Below are positions 12,911 to 24,570 of a stretch of DNA of 64,000 bases, one piece after another. Both the position numbers and the translations under genes were made by a program. A model generated the notes under the pieces. The model did no database searches. It saw nothing but the letters and a program-made list of their open reading frames with translations, and was not told where the DNA came from. How positions within the stretch are numbered: position 1 is the stretch's first letter; every line of letters begins with the position of its first letter. The stretch comes from Mobula hypostoma (taxonomy: Eukaryota): positions 138,696,001 to 138,760,000 of the forward strand of contig NC_086097.1 in assembly GCF_963921235.1 (NCBI RefSeq), in the 5' to 3' direction.

Positions 12911-15079
12911 ATTTAGTCAGGTGACTAAAGGATTAGCCAGAAAAATAGGCTTTAAGGAATGTCTTTAAGGAGCAGAGAGGGGGAATTAGGAGAGGGAGCT
13001 CCCAAATATGAGCTTAGACATCTGTGAGCACAACGGCATATTGTAGGGGTTTGGAGGGAGAGGAGGAAGATTTGATGATGGAGAGGGGTGGGTTGCTCGA
13101 GAGGGCAGAGATGAAGAGATGTTGAATGCTTGTAGATTTATTGCCGCATCAGTTTCTAAAGTACAGTACAGTACATTTGCTGGTGGTTGGACCAAATAGT
13201 GGGGCATTGGCTGTGGCATTTAATCTAGTTCCTTTGTTTGGTCAGGCGTCCTTTTCCTTCCTCTCATAAACACTACATTATAGTATCATATTTAAACCAA
13301 GCCTTTTGGCAGCAGTTACTAGATTTGAGAAACAAATCCAAATTTTATCCGACGGAGAAATACATTCAGATAGATCTCCCTTGTTCTCAGCCCATGCCTG
13401 CTTCTTATTTACAACAGGTATGTATGTGGGGGTTTTTCACTTTACCATTGATTATATTTTCCTTGAGGGCTACTGGTGTGGACTGAAGTGTCCTTTCTGC
13501 AGAAGAACTTTGGCGTTGTGAAGTCTGGTTACTGGAGGCAGATCCAGGTAGCTGGAGAGGCACCCTTTCTCCACAGCCTGCATCCTCTCCAGATCACCTC
13601 TCAGTAACTAACAGTTCTTGTAATCCAGCATGACAGAGGAGAAATATAGTTAGAACCATTGAAAACTATGAAGTCATAGAGCTGTGGACTTCCAAGTTCC
13701 AACAAGGAGACCTAGAGCTCAGCCTCATTGTGTGGTTGGGTCATCTATACTGGGATCTTGGATATTTCCCTGCGTGGGGTCCAGGGATGAGGTCTTGGTC
13801 GGGGGAGAAGGTGGGTTGCTTCTGCTACAATATTAACAGTTCTACCAAATGCTTGATAAGAGGAATCATTTCCATCGGGCAGGGAAGTGGTGTAAACAAA
13901 TTATCACCCAATTCCATTCCGGTGGGGAGTGGTGAGGTATTGTACTGGAAGCAAGTATACATGAATGAGTCATTCTTACCAAAATCCAGTATAATTCCCA
14001 GCTTCCAAACAAGATATTGGTGGGGAAATGGAATTTGGAACTTCCACCAACATAGGAATGGAAAATGTTTGCCTTATTTTGTGATCACTATTCTTCTGTC
14101 CGGGGTGTTGAAGCATGGACAGATATATAGTGGGTGTTTTTACTAGAAATGGCTTTCACAACTTACAAACTTTACCCCTCCCCCCCCCCCCCCCCCCCCC
14201 GTATCAGACACTGATCGAGGGTTGTTCATATTAAAAGCTGAAGCAGCCATGGGCTGGGCACTGCTTCCATCAGTCATATCAACAGTGTTTGCTGTGTAAC
14301 CGTGGCAACGTTTAGACTTCTTGATTTCCCACTGCTGTCACATCAACAGACTTCAGCGAATTGCAGTTTCATGTTCTCATTCCAGTTCTGCGGGCTCTGA
14401 GCTGACTGATAAAGTCAATGGAAACCGCAGATCCATCCACAGAGGGTAGGAGACATCAGAAGGGGTGGGCAAATGGTAGCTTTGGAGGTGGTTCACCCCT
14501 TCCACCACGACCCTGTGGGCATCTGTGCACTCCTAATGCACAGCTTACCGTTGCATGTGCTCTGTCTCCACTAAGTGATTCCGGGCCAAAGATCGATATC
14601 GGGCCAGGGATATTGCTTTTGTTTACAACGAGGCTTGGGAATGTCCTTGAATCTTTCCTCAACCCTGCGGTCCATTGTTGCCTATCTCAGAGGCCTGAAA
14701 TGAGGATCTGTTTAAGAGCCTGGGGTGAGGCATCAAAGTGAATGCCTGTCCAATGAGGACCATGGAGTGTAATTAGCACTTAATCCCTGAGGTGTTAATT
14801 TTCTCGTGATTTGGCGTGTTTACTGAAAATAGTGCTGGTGGTATCTCCCCTGTGACTTGAGGTGGTGCTTATCCATAGTCCAACTCTCAGAAGCAAATAC
14901 AGCAAGTGGTCCATATGTTTTGGGATCTTGCCAGAAACCCCAGCAAGAGGAGGGGCTGCACGTGATTTGGTGTTGGGTGACCGGCCTGTCAGTGTGTCAG
15001 TGCTTAGAGAAGAATGCTCATAGCTCCTTACTTTTTAAGATAGCTGTACGTAAGGGTAGGTATGGACCTTGCGAGAGAG

Positions 15080-15680
15080 TATAGAAATTGGAACAGGGCA
15101 AATTACGAAAGCGTTTGGCAGGAACTAGGGAGAGTTGATTGGGAACAGGTGTTTTTGGGCAGGTCCTCACCTGACACGTGGAGGGTGTTTAAAGACCAAC
15201 TGCTCAGAGGACAGGTCAGGTAAGTTCCTGTCAAAAGGAAGGCCAAGGATGGAAAGGTAAGAGAGAACCTTGGGAGGTGATGAAGAAGAATGAGAAGTAT
15301 GTAAAGCTTAGGAAGCTGGAATCAAGCAGAGCCCTTGAGGATTATAAAGAAGCTAGGAAAGAACGTGAAGGGAATTAGAAAAGCCAGCAGGGGTCATGAA
15401 AAGTCTTTGGCAAGAAAGATTAAAGAGAATTGCAAGACATTCTCTACACACATCAGGAGCAAGAGGGTAACCAGGTAGAGAGTACAATCACTTGAGGATA
15501 AAGGGAGGGGGGAACATTTGCTTAAACTTAGAAGATGTGGGTGAGGTTCTGAATGAGTACTTTACATCAGTATTTACCAAAGAGAAGGACCTGGAGATCA
15601 GAGTATTAATATGCCAGAGCATTTAAAGGAGGAGGCAGTGTTAGATCTCTTAAAGAGCATTAAGGTTAATAAGAGAGGCA
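15080..15680 (+). mobile_element. CR1 ORF2 fragment left of the Gypsy relic; CR1 3' sequence resumes at 17938-18385
   Basis: Similarity to the CR1 linker region (aatgagtactttacatcagtatttaccaaagagaagga); the 3' part has the typical tacacagagagtggtg and tail. Confidence 0.7.
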
Positions 15681-15689
15681 TGTTGTTTC

Positions 15690-17937
15690 TGGACACTCAG
15701 CAGAAAAGCCTGGCTCATCCCCTGGTGCACTGGTAGCGCTGGATCAGCAGATCAGCAGGAGGAACTCCTACGTTGATCTTCTGGTCAGGGAAGAGCAGGG
15801 GCTGGAATCCCTTCTGGCATTCAAAGGGAGACATACCGGTGGAGGATGACTGGAGGATATTGTGGGTGATCTCTGCCCAAACCAATTGGGAGCTCCAGGA
15901 TGCGCAGTTGAAAGAGGCAAGACAGCGCAGGAGACAACTGCTGGTTCACTCTCTCAGTCTGGCCATTGGACTGGGGTGGAAACTCGATGAGAAGCTGGCC
16001 GTGGCTCCTTCAAAGAGCAGAAAGCCTTCCAAAAGCAGGAAGTGAACTGTGGAACATGACAACGCTGTCTTGAGAGAAGCCATGGAGCCTGAACACATGT
16101 TGAACCATGAGTGTGGCAGTCTCATGAGCCGATGGGAGCTTATGGAGGACAATAAAGTGGGTAGCCTTGAAAAATCAACCCACAATGACCAAAATGGTGG
16201 TGTTTCCATCAGACAGGTGCAGACCAGTGATGAAATCTACTGAGAGGTGGGATCAGGGGCAGTGGGGCACAGGCAGTGGACATAAAAGTCCTGCAGGATG
16301 CTGGCATGATGTCTTGTTCCGAGTGGAGGTGGGACAGGCAGATACAAAGTCATGGACATCTTGGGAAATAGACGGCCACCAAAATTGTCTCTTTGTAAAC
16401 TCCCAAGTCCATTAAATTCCCGGGAGGAGTGACCCCATTCCAACACATTGGAATGCACTGCAACAGCGACAAACAATCAGTTGGGAGGTCCCCCATCCGG
16501 GCCTGTGTCCGACTGTTTGGTGGCCCTCACCTCTGCCTCTATTCCCCAGATCATTCGGAGCAGCGATACACGAGCGAGGAAGAATGGGCTCTGGATCAGC
16601 ACTGTCCTCAGATCTGTCGAACTACCAGGAGAGAGCATCGGCCTTTATATTCTTGCTGCCAGGACGATAGGTGAGGATGAAATTGAACTGTGTGAAGATG
16701 AGAGCCCACCAGGCTTGACGTGAGTTGAGTCTCTTTGCATCCTGAATGTAAGAGAATTTCTTGTGATCTGTCCAGACCAAGAAAGGATGCCCTGCCCCCT
16801 CCAGCCAGTGTTGCCATTCCTCCAGGGCCTCCTCAACAGCCAGAAACTCTCGGTTCCCAACATTGTAGTTCCAGAGAGGAGCGACAGGAAAGAAAGACAC
16901 TGGCTGCAGCCGGCTATCTGCAAAAGAGCTCAGAGAGAGGACAGTTCCAATGCCGACAATGGATGCATCCACCTTGCCTGTGAGTGGCTGCGATGGGTCA
17001 TAAAATTCTTGCAGCCAGTGGGGACCACCAGAATATCTGCCTGGTGGTGGAATACTTGTTTCCTGTATGCACGCGGGAGTCTGCGAGGGTCTGAAGGCGG
17101 GAGACATTCCTAGTCCGGGCGTGGGAACTGGAGCATTAGCAGCAGAGATTGTCGGGGCAGCAGAAAAGGAGGATCTGCGAGATGCTGGGAGTGGGACTGA
17201 TGCAGCCAGGGGCTGCTGAATTGCATTTGCGAGAACACTAGTGGCTGCCAGCTGATGCTGGCTGTCCACAGTGATCTCGTGGACGGCAGCCATGAGAGTG
17301 GAATTCTCAGACACCCGAGTCTGATGGTCTGCGGTGAACTGTTGAACAGCTGCGGACAGGGATGATTCCTGTTCCTCCAGATGACACCGGGCTTGTCGGT
17401 ACGAGATTATCTGCCTCATTGCTTCAGTAATTTCACCCAAAGCAGATTCAATTGCCTGTAGCTTGGGGCCTACCTGACCAATGAATCTCAGGGCCAAGGT
17501 CAGCCGCTCTCGCTCTCTCTCTCTCTGCCGGGTCCATCTTTGTGTGGTTGAGACTTGCTGTCAACGGGTTGGGATATGGCCCAAGTGCGGAGCGAGAGAC
17601 ACTGAAGCAGGTCAATAGTTCACAGACTTTAATGCAAACAGAGTTAGAGGGAAAGGAAAACAATAAACACTAGGCCAGACTCTCAAATGGAAAATGAAGC
17701 CAACACTGCGGCTGAAAGGAAAATTAAATAAAAGACGAATCAATGTCGATTGACTTGGCAATCCTATGTTTCAGGCAGCGAAACGCTGTTGTTGTGCTAT
17801 GCTCAAGTCTCGACAAGAGCTACGACGAAAAGAATGCCGTTAGATACCGTCACAATGAGATAATAATTAGCTGACACGTGCACATTCACGAGTGCAATTG
17901 CCGAATCTGCTGCGCTGCCGAATCCGTGGTTGTGACA
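15690..17937 (-). mobile_element. Internally deleted Ty3/Gypsy LTR retrotransposon of the Tf1/sushi group
   Basis: Minus-strand order: LTR, gag (ATG at 17537, MDPAER), RT-RNase H remnant (NYNVGNREFLAVEEALEEWQHWLEGA...TDHK...YRPGSKNIKADALS), integrase (FWWPSISQDVHDFVSACPT...HLSVDFITGL). Protease and most of RT are deleted; no recognisable 3' LTR. Confidence 0.9.
17559..17937 (-). repeat. 5' LTR of the Gypsy element
   Basis: Bounded by TGTCA...TGACA; the gag ATG lies 21 nt downstream; TATA-like tatctaa on the minus strand at 17840-17846. Confidence 0.8.
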
Positions 17938-18559
17938 TGCTGTCTGGACTGGAGAGCATGTCTTACGAGGATAGGGTTGAGTAGCTTTCTTTCTGGAGAA
18001 AAGGAAGATGAAAGTTGACTTGATAAAGGTGTATAAGATGATAGGAATGATAGGATGATCGAATTTCAGCTAGAAACTTTTTCACAGGGCTAATACTAAG
18101 GGGCATACATTTAAGATAATTAGAGGAAAGTATAGGGGGGATGTCAGAGGTAAGTTTTTTTACACAGAGAGTGGTGCATGTGAGGAACACACTGCTAGGG
18201 GTGGTGGTAGAGACAGATACCTGAGAGGCATTTAAGAGATTCTCAAATTAGGCACATAGATGACAGAAACATTGCAAGGCTATCTGGGAAGGAAGGATAA
18301 GATTGATCTGAGAGTAGATTAAAAGGTCAGCATAACATCATAGGTGGAAGGGCCGGCACTGAGCTGTAGTGTTCTGTGTTCTACATTCAAATGAAAGCTT
18401 GTTGAAGGTGAGGGAAGAGCACTGTGTGAACAGGATTAAGGAAAGCATTGGAGTGATGACACAATCTTGCTTGAAGCCAGTGTTCGATATTGGCTCTAAT
18501 GTGGATGGACTAGGATCAGAATACCATCAGAAAGAGAGGAATCTTTAGTGAGGTTGAAG

Positions 18560-21500
18560 GAAGTCCATGCTCAGTGGTGAGCTCTCTTTAGACGTTTAGT
18601 AGATATTGTTGTGTACGAACTCTGACTTAATTCGGATTCTCCCAGTCTTTAAAAATAGTGGGTCTGGATCATATGACATTAATAAAATGAGACACCGGGG
18701 TCATTTCCAGTGGGGTATAATTGAACCTTGGCCAGACCATATTTGGAGCACATCTGGAAAAAATATTGAAGGATTGGAGAAAATGCGAAGCATAAAGGAT
18801 GCTTCCGGATCTACTTGGATAAATGCATGGCTAATCCATTTCTGGATTACTGGCATTGTCTCTGGAGCGGGTGGGACTTTTTCCAGCTGGCCAGTTAGAA
18901 CTTGACCAATTAGCTAGAGTGTGTCCAATATTCTGCAGGGTGGTTTCCTGGTGCTATTGGACAGGGTTTGATCTAATCTGACAGGGGTATGGAACAAAGA
19001 GTAAGTTGGTGGGGTGGTCCAGTTAAATACAGAAGGAAAATTAAATTATTCCAGTAGGCTAAACAGGTATGGGCATAATACCACATGTGGCAGGAATTAC
19101 AAATATTTTAAGTGAAAGGTCTGCTGAGCATATCAAATGAATTGAAAGCATTGATCAGCACTTGGCGATCTGATATCATTGCTGGGACAAGAGTCAGTTG
19201 AAGAAAGGGCAGGGCTGGAAACTCCATATTCCAAGTCTAGAATCTTCAGGTGAGGTGGAGGTGGATATAAAAGAGGAAGGGGCATTGCAATATTGACTAA
19301 GGAGAAGTTATTGATGGAGGATATACCAGAAGGCTCTTCAAATAAGGACATGCGGATAGGACAAAGAGATACAAAGGTGTGAGCAGCTTGCTGGGTCTGT
19401 ATGCTATCTTCCCTATAGACAGCAGGGGTTGGATGAACAGATATGTAGCAAACTGCTGAGGGGTAATGAGTAACAACATTGTCCCCGTCGAGGTCTTCAA
19501 CGCTCCTGATTTTAACTGGGATCACGGTGTGAAAGGGCAATAGGGACTGGAATTTTTGAAATGGGATTTTCAAAACAAATCATGTTAAGAGAGTAATAGT
19601 CATTGAAAAGGGAAGAATCATTTGATATCAAGTATGGATAAATCTTCAGGGCCTGGTGAGGTATATTCTAGATTGTTATGGAAGGAAAGAGAGGAAACAA
19701 GTGTTTAAGCAATTCACAAAAAATGTTAGCGGTACTCAGCAAGTCAGGCAGCATCTATGGAGAGAAATAAATAGTTGATGTTTTGGGCCAAAACTCTTCA
19801 TCAAGACTGGAAAGAAAGTGGGCAGAAGTCATAATAAGAAGGTGGGGGGGGGGGTGATGAGGTGAGGGAAAGACTACAAGTTGGCAAGTGATAGGTGAAA
19901 CCAGGTGGGGTAGCAGGAATGAAGTAAGAAGCTGGGAGGTGATAGGTGGAAGAAGTAAAGGGCTGGAGAAGAAGGAATCTGATGGGAGAGGACAGTGGAC
20001 CGTGGGAGAAAGGGACAGAAGGGGGAAAAAGGAGGGGGTGAAGGGTAGGTGAGTAGAAGAGAAGAGATGAGAGTATAAACAGAATGGGGAATGAAAAAAG
20101 AGAGTAGGGGAAGGGAGAGAAATTACTGGAGAAATCAATGTTCATGCCACCCTCTCCTTAGATGCTGCTTAATTTGCTGAATTCCTCCAGAATTTTGTGT
20201 GTGTTGCTTATGATTTGATGCATCCGCAAATCTCTTGAGGTTACGGCAGATTTTTAAATCCTTTCTGGACGTGGGTGGAAGTGCCCATTAACTGGAGCAT
20301 AGCAAATGCGATCATTTTATTCAAGAAGGGCAGCAAGAGAAGCTGATTACATATCAGCGAGTCTAATGTCAGTTGTAGGAAAGATACAGAACAATTCTAT
20401 GGGACAGGGTTGATCTCCACTTCGAAAGGCAAAGATCGATCAAGGAGGACGTGGTTAGGTAGAGATCTTGAAGAGGTAATAGTGTTAAGGGCAGTGCAGT
20501 TGGTACAGTCTACATGAAGGTTTTTTTAAAAACTGCTTCTTGGATAGGAAACTGATCAGAAGGGATCCAGGATAAGCTGGAAAATCAAACCCAACATTGG
20601 TTTAGTTGGAAGCTGATGGTTGACAGCTTCTGATTGTGGAGTGCAAGATTGTGTGCAGCACTAATAGAAACTTTCTCCTGAGCAGACATGTCCAAGGCCA
20701 GAGGGAACAGGAATAAATTGAGGAGTCAGTAGCTTGAAGAATACCTGATGATTGAAGCCTAGAACTTACTGCCTGCGTAGATGGTGGAGGCAGAGACTTG
20801 GAGAGCATTTAACAAGACCAGCTCTTGTATCGCCAAGGCAGGGAGAACTCTGGACCAAGTGAAATGAGGTTAACATCGATGGGTGCTTGATGGTACCAAG
20901 GACATGGTAGACAGAAAGGGCTGTCTCTGTGTAGTTTGGTGCTTTGAACAAAGAACATTACAGCACAATACTGGCCCTTTGGTCCATGATGATTCTATGA
21001 GATCCCGTGAGTGTGGGAAACTCACATTGAGTGTTGAAGGGAGTGAGAGTCAGTTCCTTTGATTCAGCGAAGTAGAAGCCAGTGAGTTTTAAAAGGAGAG
21101 CATCAATGCTTGGTGGTTTAAAGGGAGCGGTGAAGGGGACGATGGGCGCTGGGCAGACTTGGATTAGTTACAAGAAATGGGCGTCAGAGTGCCGTGAGTT
21201 CACGAGCAGGACCCAGCAGCTGGTAAACGGAGTGGGAAACAACGTTTTAAAAGGAGCTGGAACAGCAAAGTCCTGTGATATTAAAAACACCTCTAGGTTA
21301 ACACAATCCCAATGGGTTTAAAGTGAGCAACATCCAGACAGCAGGAAAGAGAATGTGGGGGCTTTAAGGGGTCCAGGGCGATTAAAGGATTGAGGAACAA
21401 GAGTTCCAGTGAGTTTAAACTATTAATCTGTGATTACAGAGCAACACAGAAGCCACTAAGTTTAAAGGGAGTTGGGACCGGAACTTGGCCAGTTTAAAGA

Positions 21501-22410
21501 GATCAGTGTTGGGACTCCCAGTGCATTAACCTTCTGGATATAGGTATAGGATATATGATGAGTAAGTCTGTAGATGTCAGGCAATCAGTGGTGGTGATGG
21601 TAGTGAGGAGGGTAGCCTTAGGCTACAGGATGATATTGATCAGTTGGTAAATTTGACAGAGATGGAATTTAATTCTGGTAGGTGAGGTGATGCATTTTGG
21701 AGGACTAATAACAGTCGATGTATACAATGCATGCTCGGATCCCCGGGAGTATTCAGGAACAAAGGGACGTTGGTGTACAAGTCTAAGAATTCCTGAAGGT
21801 GGCAGCACAGATAAGTAAGGCCATGAAGAAGGTGAAGAAGAACTAACCTTCATTAACTAGAACATAGCACCTGAGGAGAGGGGTTATGGCTCAACTTAAT
21901 AAAATATTAATTTGGCCACAGGTGAAGTACTGATCACCTTACTATAGAAAGAATGTGTTTGCAGGGGAGAGGATGTAGAGGACATATGCAAGGAAGTCGC
22001 TTGAAATGTAGACTGGGTAGGTTGAACTTGTTTTCTTTGGGGGAGGTTGAAGGATACTTGACTGAATACATGAAGTTATGAGAGAGTAGATGGCAGGACA
22101 CTTTTTCCCAAGGCAGCAGTGTATAAAACTAGAGGACTCAGGATTGTTAAAGGGCAGGAGGTGTAGAGGGAATCAGCAGAAGATATATTTCTCACCAGAA
22201 GGTGGGTGGAATTTAGAGCACATAGACAGAGGGGGCTCTGGAGTCAGAGGCTGCCGTTGTATTTAAGAAGTCAAACATTTGAATCACTTTGAGGCGTTAA
22301 AGGTTATGGACCAATTGCTGGTAAGTGGGATTAGTACAGATGGGAGCTAAATCATTGATATGTACATGATGGGCTGAAGGGCCACTTTCTCATCTATTTG
22401 ACTCCATGAT
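18560..22410 (+). mobile_element. Heavily degraded, fragmented CR1 (ORF1 esterase remnant through 3' end) with later insertions
   Basis: Patchy collinear similarity to the CR1 copies at 37749-40795 and 56444-58578. Confidence 0.6.
19712..20230 (-). mobile_element. Penelope-like 3' fragment with an inverted terminal copy
   Basis: Reverse complement of the 52100-52493 copy (ggcatgaacattgatttctcc, pyrimidine tract, hammerhead-like motif at 19772-19809), followed by a + strand terminus at about 20155-20230. Confidence 0.8.
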
Positions 22411-22449
22411 TCTATTAGATCCTGATGAGTTCAAAGGAATGCAAGACAC

Positions 22450-22625
22450 AGGATCCAGTGAGTTTAAAGGGAACAGAGGAAACCGAAATCAGTGAGATTA
22501 CAGGGAGAAGAGGAAACAGAAATCAATGAGATTACAGGGAGAAGAGAAAACAATAATCAGTGAGATTACAGGGGGAAGAGGAAACAGAAATCAGTGAGAT
22601 TAAAGCGAATGCAGGAAACAGAAGT
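22450..22625. repeat. 34-bp minisatellite, about 5 copies
   Basis: Unit gaggaaacagaaatcagtgagattacagggagaa, with starts at 22476 and 22510. Confidence 0.85.
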
Positions 22626-22639
22626 TACAATAAAATATG

Positions 22640-24570
22640 TAGGCTCTGGAAATCTGAACAAGAGACAATGTTTAGTCAGGTCGTAGCTATGGAAGGAGGA
22701 GCAGTTAATGTTTGAGGTAAAAAAAAAAGAACCTTTATCGGAAGTTGGAAAGAGACATAGTTTTAAATTGGAGAGAAGATGGGGGTGGGATGGATGGGGT
22801 AAAGGAAATAACCATGATCAGGTAAATCAAGGCTGTCAAAAGGATGAGTGATTAATGGGCTAGTTAGTGGGTGATGGAGAAGTCTGATGTGCTGAAAGTG
22901 CAGGCTAATAGAAATATCTGTAGTAAGGTGGGACCAGGATCACCTTGGAGATGAAGCAGTTAGAGGCCGATAAAGAAGTGTGGTTGTGTCAATTGTAGAT
23001 CACTAAGTTTATGTTAGTGGAGAGGAGGAAACAGAAACAATAAAAACAAAGTTCTGAGCCATTAAGACAGAAATAGGCAATCCTGATCTAGACAGAGAAG
23101 GTGAGTTATCAGAAGTTAAAGAATTTGATACTGAGTCTACAAGGTGGCAACGTGCACAGACGGAAGGTGATATGCTGTTCCTCTAGCTTGTGTTGCATCT
23201 TGCTATGACAATTACATGGCCAGAGACAGACCAGATCAGATCAGAGTAGGAGTGGAATGGAGAATTGAAGCTGCAGCAACAAAACTCAGAATCACTTACT
23301 TTGATCCCACAAAACGGTACTCTGTCTGTGCTTGAGTTCTCTGTTTTTGAGAACAAAGAGAACAGTTATGGAACTGGCTGGTGAACACGAATTGCTTTAC
23401 CTTCCACCCCACCAGCCTCTGCATTTAATGGACCATTCATCACCATTTCCATCAGCTCCAAGATTCTACCAGCGGACACATTATACTCCCCCCTTCGCTG
23501 TCAGCATTTTGAAGGTGCTGTTCCTTTCACGAGTCCCTGGTTTGATCTTCATCCTCACCAACCTCTCTCACTATATGGCACTTTCCCATGCAGGAGGTGC
23601 AACACCTCTCCTTCCTTCCGCCGTCCACGTGAAGTAGTCTCTGCAGGTGAAACAGAGACTGATGTACACTGCTGCTTGTTCTGTCTGCTGCATTTGCAGC
23701 TCGTGCTACAATATCTGCTATACTAAAAAAATGAGACACAGACTGGGGGATCACTTTGTGGTGCTGCTGTATTCAGTAGGTAGGCAAGGGAAATCCTGAG
23801 CTTCCTGATGCCTGTAACTTTAATACCCAATCCTACTTCCGGCCTAACTTCTCTGATTGTCCCCTCTTGTACTGTAATCATGAGCCCTAACAGGCTTATG
23901 GGACAGCATTCCATCTTCACTCTGGGTACACTGCAGCTTTCCAGAATCAAAGTTTACTCAGTTTCACTGCCTGTATAAGATAGAGTCATAGTGGTTTTAG
24001 CCATCATCTGTAATTTATCCACACTGCAATCCAGGCCTCGCCCTGTCAGTTCTTCCCTTTGTGTTACTCTTACCATCCTCAATTTATCTATAAGATAAGA
24101 TAAGATTAGCTTTATTTGCCACATGTACATCTGGGTGCCACAGTACCATAGCGTGTAGCATCATGTTTAACAGCAGCAGTGATTGGAAGACTGGGATTCA
24201 ATTCCTGCCATTGTCTGTAAGAAGTTTGCACGTTCTCCTGTGATCACATGGGTTCTCCAGTTCCTTCTACATTCCAAAAGACGGAAAAGTTAGGGTTAGT
24301 AAGTTGCGGGTGCTGGAAGCATGGCGACAGTTGTGGACTGCGTCAGCACCTCCCGGACTGTGTTGGTAACCGATGCAAATGGCACATATCACTGTATGTT
24401 TCGGTGTTTCAATGTACATGTGACAAAGTTAACCTTCCAGGCACCATAAAATAACTTTTCATCTCTTTCCCAGTTCTGACGAAGGGTCTTTAGCCTGAAA
24501 TGCTAACTTTGTTTTTCTCCCTGCAGATCAGCTAGATGCTTCCAGGAATTTCCATTTTTGTTTCCGATCC
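22640..24570. mobile_element. Old Penelope-like fragments in opposite orientations (minus about 22640-23330; plus about 23400-24570, interrupted by a SINE)
   Basis: Degenerate GIY-YIG-coding sequence similar to 54900-55230; terminal hammerhead-like motif at 24471-24509. Confidence 0.65.
24090..24436 (+). mobile_element. tRNA-derived V-SINE
   Basis: tRNA-like head with B-box-like gggattcaattcc, then V-domain tgtaagaagtttgcacgttctcctgtgatcacatgggtt. A related copy lies at about 41250-41525. Confidence 0.7.

Noticed and set aside
15681..15705. 3' LTR remnant and TSD (tgttg versus tgctg at 17938) of the Gypsy element
   Set aside because: Only a short gacactcagcag similarity to the LTR and a mismatched duplication; too weak to call.
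16622..17497. 291-aa gag-RNase H ORF as a domesticated PEG10/RTL-like gene
   Set aside because: Detached from the gag ATG by a frameshift, formed by deletions, and adjacent to an integrase with stop codons; looks like decay.
24130..24210. tRNA gene
   Set aside because: Degenerate tRNA-derived SINE head without a complete cloverleaf; the nearby gttagggttag is SINE body, not a telomeric array.
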